Source: Octopus bimaculoides (Eukaryota). Taken from it: DNA of 45,987 nt. The stretch is from positions 21,872,917 through 21,918,903 of the forward strand of contig NC_068994.1 in the NCBI RefSeq assembly GCF_001194135.2, written 5' to 3'. A model generated the notes under the pieces. That model saw only the letters and a program-made list of their open reading frames with translations. It searched no databases and was not told the DNA's origin. Shown here piece after piece: positions 39,311 through 45,987 of the stretch (position 1 is its first letter; each line of letters begins with the position of its first letter). Position numbers and translations under genes: made by a program.

Positions 39311-39570
39311 TTATTATTGGAGCAACAGGATATATACCAACCCGTCTAGAGCAAAGTATGGCTGAACTTGGAATCTTAGGGAGAGAATGCAAATCATATG
39401 CTACAAATGATCACGATATCTGGGGCTATAAAAATCTGCAAGACTTTCTAAAGATTTAAAGGATGATGGTTAAATCAAGATACTTTCCTTCACAACCTAA
39501 GTTGGTAGCTGGTCATAATTTACTCTAAATTAATAAGAGAAAGAGAAGCATACATGCATACATACATACA
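39311..39570 (+). mobile_element. R4/Dong-like retroposon, right part: RLE C-terminus, stop codon, 3'UTR and (CATA)n tail
   Basis: IIGATGYIPTRLEQSMAELGI continues the frame broken at 37904; the stop is at 39457-39459; the 3'UTR ends in catacatgcatacatacataca. Confidence 0.75.
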
Positions 39571-41129
39571 TACATCAAAAAAGATCAAAGGTCCTTTTTG
39601 AGTTATAGGTTCATAAGATTGATTTTTCAGATTCTGTGGTATATATATGTCCTCCAGAGAAGATATACCAGTAAGTTGTTATACCTGAGCCATAATTCCA
39701 GGCTGGTGTTCAAGTGCATCGACTCCAGCATTAAAAATTGGTATGGATATAACAACAGTTATTAAATACATATACAACATTACAAAGATAGACCTTCTGC
39801 ATCAAGTCCATAAAGTACATCAGCACACAACAACTACTAACTTTTTCAAAGCTCAAGTGAGATCTATAGCTGAATACTACTGCCATATTTGGAAAATATG
39901 CTGATATTATCCATACAAGTATCCCAGACCCCCCCCCCNNNNNNNNNNAAAACAACACTCAACTGACTGGCATGAAATCACTCATCAACATACTTCAACT
40001 CCTGTTTGTGAGAAGGGATGCAAATCTGGTGTCCCCTATCTGCTTTTTCTACAGCTTTTACTCTTTGCTTCTAGGTGATGGCCACTCATGGACCACCTCA
40101 GTCAGACCTGCCCAACTCACTCCCCTCTCCTCTTCTTGGGTGTTTTATACAAATAAACAATATCTAACCACGTTTTGATTATTGTGCACAAATATATCAG
40201 GATATGTTGTCTAAATAGTACCTACAAAAATTAAAACTGCAGATATTTGCTAATATAAAAAGTGAAAGATTTTCAAATCATTGTAAAAATTCTAATTTAA
40301 AGCAAGGAATTCAGTGTATAATTAATTAATTAAGTAAATGGTTAATATTCTGATGCAAGGTAGACACAATTTCCCCATTGTCTATAATAATATATAAAAG
40401 TAGTCATGGGAAATGAGTGACGCTCCAGAATTGATTAACTATAATATCACAAAGACAGAATGATTTCAACTTTCACTCAGGGCCATTAGAGAATAATGAG
40501 TGTGCTTGTGCGTGTTGTATCACTTATGTGCTTGTCTTTGGTAATGGAGAAACTTGTCTATCTGTATGTCTGTCTATTTTCATGCAAGACTGGAAATGAA
40601 TGACACCACTTGTATGATACTGACTACCATCACACAATGTAAAAATGAAGGGGTACATACATACATACATACATACATACAAACATACATACATGCATGC
40701 ATACATACATACATACATACATACATACGTACGTACGTACATACACACACACATAACTTACATACATAACATATATGCATAACACACACACACATTTATA
40801 TATACATGCATGCATGCATGCATGCATACATACATACATACATACATATAAATAAGATCCGGGAATCCGAGTGTAGGAAGTTTGTAAGCTTCAAGCAGAA
40901 GATGGCAGGTATAGGGAACAAAAAGTGGACAGTATATGATAAGATACAATAACAATTTATTGGCATCGAGAGTTACACACTTTTTCCCATATCGAAGTTG
41001 TGAGGACATTCGACAAGCTGATAATTTCTAAATAGCTCATAGTTAGTAACTAAAGCTGCTAAAAATTTGAATAAAAATCCAAATTCAGGGGGTGGAACAG
41101 GTAAAATGCACACTACATATGTTTCTTAG

Positions 41130-41257
41130 CTAGTTGAAGCTCGTGATGCAATTTTTATGCAACGAACTATGTTCAACGTAGCTAATCATCAGGCTGAGAT
41201 TACCTTAATGAAGGTTACATCGTCGCCTGAAATTTCTAAGTCAGCCACAACACAAGG
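41130..41257 (+). other. Candidate internal coding exon
   Basis: Acceptor tatgtttcttag| and donor CAAGG|gtgagt; open frame LVEARDAIFMQRTMFNVANHQAEITLMKVTSSPEISKSATTQ. No partner exon was found. Confidence 0.3.
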
Positions 41258-41857
41258 GTGAGTCCAACTGAAAAGAAAAGCCAGTAGTAATATATTAAAG
41301 AAAAAACAAAAAATAAAAAAAGCAAAAAATCAAGGAAGAAAGTTTAGAGAACCAATGAGCGTTAAAGCAAAGGGTGGGACCCAAAATATGCGAGAGTGGG
41401 TGTGGCTTAGAGATAAGGAGTGGGAAGAAAAAAAAGAAAGAAAAGGAAAAAAGAAGAATAAAGGAAAGAAAAGGATTGTTATCGTTATGGAGAATATATT
41501 GTGGTAATAAAAATCTATTCAAGAGATATGACGACAGATTTCAGTGGACTGTTAGAATGCTATCGCCCAAATTTATATGGGTAAAGAGGTAGCAGAGTTG
41601 GGGTCGTTCATACAACTCGGCACACATACAAGTACTCGCGCGCACGCATGCACTCACGCACGCACGCACGCACGCACATACGCGCGCGCGCACACACACA
41701 TGATTCACACATAACTCATACACATAACTCACACATAGAAATACTTTAGGATATATGTACACCGTATTTTCGTAATCACACAGCTACGTGTTCGGGCTAA
41801 ATTCGACAGTTTGTATAACAGTTTACTCTAAGTTTACTAGATGATAACAGTTTACTC

Positions 41858-42520
41858 TAAGAAGCCATCTTCAGCTTCCACTGCAGTCTCAAGACAGCCC
41901 AGAACCTTGCGCATGCGTTTCTCAATGTGACCCTGGGAAGATCTTCAAACATCTTGATCTTGACCACCAGCTCGGCCTTGGTTGCAGGCAGAGCGATTGG
42001 CGTCTTTCTCAACCGTGCACTCACATATAATAATCCATAGGATCACAATAATCGGGGGAATTCGGAGACCAGAAATTGTGGTTGGTGAAATCGCAGAAAT
42101 TCCTCGACAACCACTTCTGACACTCCCGGGAGCAAAAGCTGAATCCTGCTGCCACACATATGACCTTCCAACAGCAACCCTTTGCAGTCAGGGCTTAACT
42201 ATAGTCTCCAACAGTTTTAACAGTCATCTGAATTAAGCCTAAGGCCCTGTTCATCTGTTGTTGGCTAAATTCTGGCTTGCGGATGCAGTCAGAACGCCTG
42301 TTATATGCCTTCCTGCTGGGCTATATCTTTGTAGTTTCGGTTGCAGCTGCCCATGGCACATTTTGCAGCCTTTACAGTGTTCACTGAGTATAGAGCAGCA
42401 GTCATGATGTCGGCACTTTAACACCCGATGCGAATCATCATGATACATACAATTCTTTTCCAGTATTCAGACGGCTTCCAGTTCTCCATATCAGTTAACT
42501 TTTTCTCAACTACAGCCTTT
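41858..42520 (-). pseudogene. Tc1/mariner-superfamily transposase remnant, maT/DD37D-like
   Basis: Minus-strand frames give YVWQQDSA, CQKWLSRNFCDF, FWSPNSPDYCDPMDYY, VEKDANRS and TKAELVVKIK..ACARF..AVEAEDGFLE*; several frameshifts; TIRs not identified. Confidence 0.7.
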
Positions 42521-43982
42521 TTGTTTGTCGCCTCCTGGCCCCACAAAATCCACATATTGCCTACAGCAGACCCAAAAGTAGTGTCCCTTTAAAAGTGCCG
42601 TCCGGGGCGGACAGCCCCAACCGCTCCTCTAGCTACGCTTGTGTACGTACGTACGTATGTATGTATGTATGTATGTACGTATGTATGTATGTATGTATGT
42701 ATACATACATATATATAAGCTCGTCGAAACGCCGGTGTTAAAACGTGGGTAGCTGATGAAGTAGAATGTTCTCTATGTGGCTCGTGTGTTCNNNNNNNNN
42801 NNNNNNNNNNNNNNNNNNNNNNNNNNNNNNNNNNNNNNNNNNNNNNNNNNNNNNNNNNNNNNNNNNNNNNNNNNNNNNNNNNNNNNNNNNNNNNNNNNNN
42901 NNNNNNNNNNNNNNNNNNNNNNNNNNNNNNNNNNNNNNNNNNNNNNNNNNNNNNNNNNNNNNNNNNNNNNNNNNNNNNNNNNNNNNNNNNNNNNAGAAAT
43001 TGATATTAGTCAATTAGAACCAGTGGTCTAGCATATTAAAAAAATCCGAAGATTAAAATTATATTACATACAAAAATAAATTAGCTGCAAAAATTTATTA
43101 ACTGCAGAATTATTTCCGGACTTAGCGCGCCAGATTGAAGACATTTAAAAGGATACACTGAATGTAATTTGTAGAACTCTACACGTGTTCCCTTTCGAGT
43201 GGACGTTGTTGCTGTTATTGTTTGTTTGTGTGTGTGTATGCGTGTGTGTGTGTGTTTCCGCGTGCGTGCGTGCGTGCATGCATGCGTGCATGTATAAGCA
43301 TGGGGACATAGAAATACATGAGGTAGTGAATAAGAGCATCGTAAGACGACTTGAAGAGTGATAGGCAGTTAGTTCATGTCAGGACAATTATCTAGAAGTG
43401 TAAATGGGTCCCTTAGCTGTAGTAAGGGCAACCTGACTGGAAAAGATGATAGTTTGAAATCAAAACGCTGCTGCCTTGTGAGTTCCTTTGTTAGAGAAAG
43501 ACCAGATAGGATAATTTGATATAAAACTTTGTATTGTATTGAATTTGGGAGGATTTATTTTGTCTTTTTGTGCCACCAGAACATTCTGCCTTACTCAGAA
43601 AGTGGGTTGTGTGCAGTACAAACTCGAATTAACTATAAATGATATTATGCTCATGTACCTTTTTAAAATGTGCATTTCTCATACGGTTATCATCTAAAGT
43701 ATGATTATTTTCAAGTTCTATATGCAATGGAGGTTTTGGTGGATGCGTACAATTTTAACTGAATGGAAATGAGTCTACGCTACATATGCAATCAGAACTC
43801 TGAATACAGGTAGGTTAGAATTAACGTTGATATTACTTCAGCTGTATACTTAGGACATAGCCATGGTTTGGTGTATTTTTGGGTGACCGAACAATTATTT
43901 TAGAGAATTGATACTCGTTCTAAATCGTGATCATTTGTAATTCATACGCTACAAATGACTACGATGTCAGGCAATTAAAATC

Positions 43983-44608
43983 TGTAAAACCATCTTAAGA
44001 CTTATAACGAAGATGGTAAAAAAGGGAAATAGGAAGATGATATACGACGTGAAGATGATAAGCGACGATTTATTCTCCATTATAAAACACAATGATTGCC
44101 ATACTTGAAATGAAATAAATTATAACAGGTTACAACAAAGGTGCGTGGGAGACGTCGTGGTTAGGTTGGACTGTTGATCTTGTAGACAAAGTTGGCGTGC
44201 TGTTTGGTGGTGTGTAGAGGAAGCCGATGGTCTGTTGGTCGTGTGGTGTTCAACAGCAACGATATAGGCAGGCGTCTGCTATATAGGTGAAAGAGGATAT
44301 TGGCTGGTGTCAGATACAACATTGTTAGAGACGAGTTGCGTGTGGTCAGTGGCGTGTGCCAAAGACATACAGCAGTCGAGAACTGTCGTTCTTATAGAGA
44401 TCAGTAGGCTCCTAGAGCTGGTAATTAATTTCCCACGTAAGGAATATTTGCGAACTGTTGCGTCAACACGAGTGGACGGCTGGAAACCGACCAATACGAA
44501 CAACAAGTTCGGCTAATCGCAAGGTCATGTGACCTGATGGAACGAAAAGGCTTGTGGAGCCGATATCCAGGTATTCAAGTCTAAACTACTCAACGAAAAC
44601 ATATCACA
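43983..44608 (-). mobile_element. Probable solo LTR (Ty3/Gypsy-like)
   Basis: The minus strand starts TGTGAT and ends TTTACA, with a TATA-like ctataagaac and an AATAAA about 90 nt before the 3' end. CpG-rich. No TSD match. Confidence 0.55.
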
Positions 44609-44619
44609 CCTAATGACAG

Positions 44620-44770
44620 TGTAAATCACTTCTGCTACAGATTTAAAGGATACTTTCCTTCACAACCTTGCTACCAAGTAGGCGGCCAGTAAAATTTACT
44701 CTAAAATTAAGAAGAGAAAGAAACCATACATGCATGAATGCATCCATACATGCAAGCATACATACATACA
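44620..44770 (+). mobile_element. 5'-truncated 3' end of the same R4/Dong-like family
   Basis: agatttaaaggat..actttccttcacaacc..aatttactctaaa.ttaa.aagagaaaga..catacatgcat matches 39452-39560 and is followed by (CATA)n. Confidence 0.6.
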
Positions 44771-45693
44771 TACATACATACACGCGCACATACATACGTA
44801 CGTACGTACATACATACATATGTACGTACGTACATATCAATACTCTAAAATAATTGCTCGGTCATCCAGAACTACACCAAACCATGGCGATGTCCTAAGT
44901 AGACAGCTGAAGTAATATCAACGTTAATTCTAACCTGCCTGAATGGAATTATGCAATCATAGTTCTGACTGTTAAAATTGTTCACATCCACCAAAACCTC
45001 CATTGCCATAGAACTTGAAAATAATCACACTTTAGATGATAACTGTATGAGAAATGCACATACATACATACATACATACATATAAAGCTAAACCATTTTT
45101 GTTGTGAAAATATTTTACATATTGCGTCATAGACAGAGAAATATGTGTCGTGTGTGTGTATGCGCCTGTGTATGTGTGCGTGCGTGTGTGTGCGTGCGCG
45201 CGGGTGTACTTTATCAAAATTATTTCCAGCTACAGCCACTGTCTATTCTCTCAAAAGCACATGCGTACACAAACGACCAATGCACAATAAGTAAATAAAC
45301 AAACATACATTTTAAAAATATACCATTGTTGTTAGAGCATCGTTTTATCAATATCGATTTAACATGTCTGCGAAGGTGTGCATTTTAGCGCGCTTGTCAC
45401 CAGGCAATCGTTTTATAGCTTCAGTCATATTGTAATGAACAGCATAATGTCTATTAGATTACGTAATTATTGGTTAGTGGCCATTTAGGTATCTAATGCC
45501 TCTTCTATGCAACTACCGGTTTGTCTGACTGTATTTGCGTCACCCCTTACACACACGAACTTTCAACCATATCTATCTATCTATCTATCTATAGATATAG
45601 ATAGATAGATAGCTACATACATATACACACATATACATATTTATATACATATATATACATATATATACACATATATATATACATATATATATA

Positions 45694-45987
45694 TGTAGTG
45701 AAACTAACACCTCGATCGCCATTACATACAAAACTACCTATCGCCATTAGATACAAAACTACTATCGCCATTACATACAATCTTCTCATTTAAATATAAA
45801 CAAACGCGAGCGTAGCGGAAAACATCAACTTTGTCATCACGTGACTGATTAATATTCGAAGCGGCAACTTCTTCGAACCGTTCCCGCCAGAACGCAAACT
45901 GACCAATCACGGCCCCTAATAAGGTCACGTGATAGAGTATGTTTCTGAAGCCATCGGGAGCTGATAGTTTGTTATAAATAGCTTTAA
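45694..45987 (+). mobile_element. Probable LTR 5' (U3) portion, truncated by the window end; carries a promoter-like motif set
   Basis: Begins TGTAG after (TA)n. Contains a 24-25-bp tandem repeat x2.7 (45715-45780), TCACGTGA at 45837 and 45925, CCAAT at 45903 and tataaata near 45972. CpG-rich. Confidence 0.4.

Noticed and set aside
39960-40180. Possible L1/Tx1 ORF2 C-terminal remnant
   Set aside because: Only a weak P..KG..GVP-like motif, with stops; not supportable by eye.
42596-42650. GC-rich gtgccgtccggggcggacagcccc..gctacgc, resembling a DNA-transposon terminus
   Set aside because: No partner end or TSD was found in the window.
45715-45780. Short direct repeats as a CRISPR-like array
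   Set aside because: They are contiguous tandem units without unique spacers, in a eukaryotic context, with no cas genes.
45903-45933. Possible ER-stress element (CCAAT-N9-CCACG)
   Set aside because: The spacing is wrong; the position after N9 reads taata.

Overview
Eukaryotic, AT-rich, microsatellite-saturated scaffold window with 8 N-gaps. The repeat repertoire suggests a coleoid cephalopod, probably Octopus (inference). Only one convincing host CDS is present: a single-exon 300-aa ORF on the minus strand (19719-20621) that looks like an orphan type I single-pass, mucin-like membrane protein. The rest is mostly mobile-element debris. DNA transposons: a cecropia-type mariner remnant, a maT/DD37D-like remnant, and an internally deleted Chapaev3-like (CMC) element with intact CAC..GTG ends and a TTA duplication. 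The Chapaev3-like element sits exactly inside the restriction-like endonuclease of an R4/Dong-like retroposon that appears tied to (CATA)n repeats. Retroelements also include Tx1/L1-like ORF1 remnants (one with a 176-bp inverted duplication), several solo-LTR-like segments and many tRNA-derived SINE and RTE-tail copies. Other notable signals are a hammerhead-ribozyme-like fold at about 4.6 kb, a 12-unit heat-shock-element-like array at 26.6 kb and a CpG-depletion boundary near 40.8 kb. Nearly all ORFs in the supplied track are microsatellite or N-gap artefacts. All family assignments are by eye from motif recognition; no database search was run.
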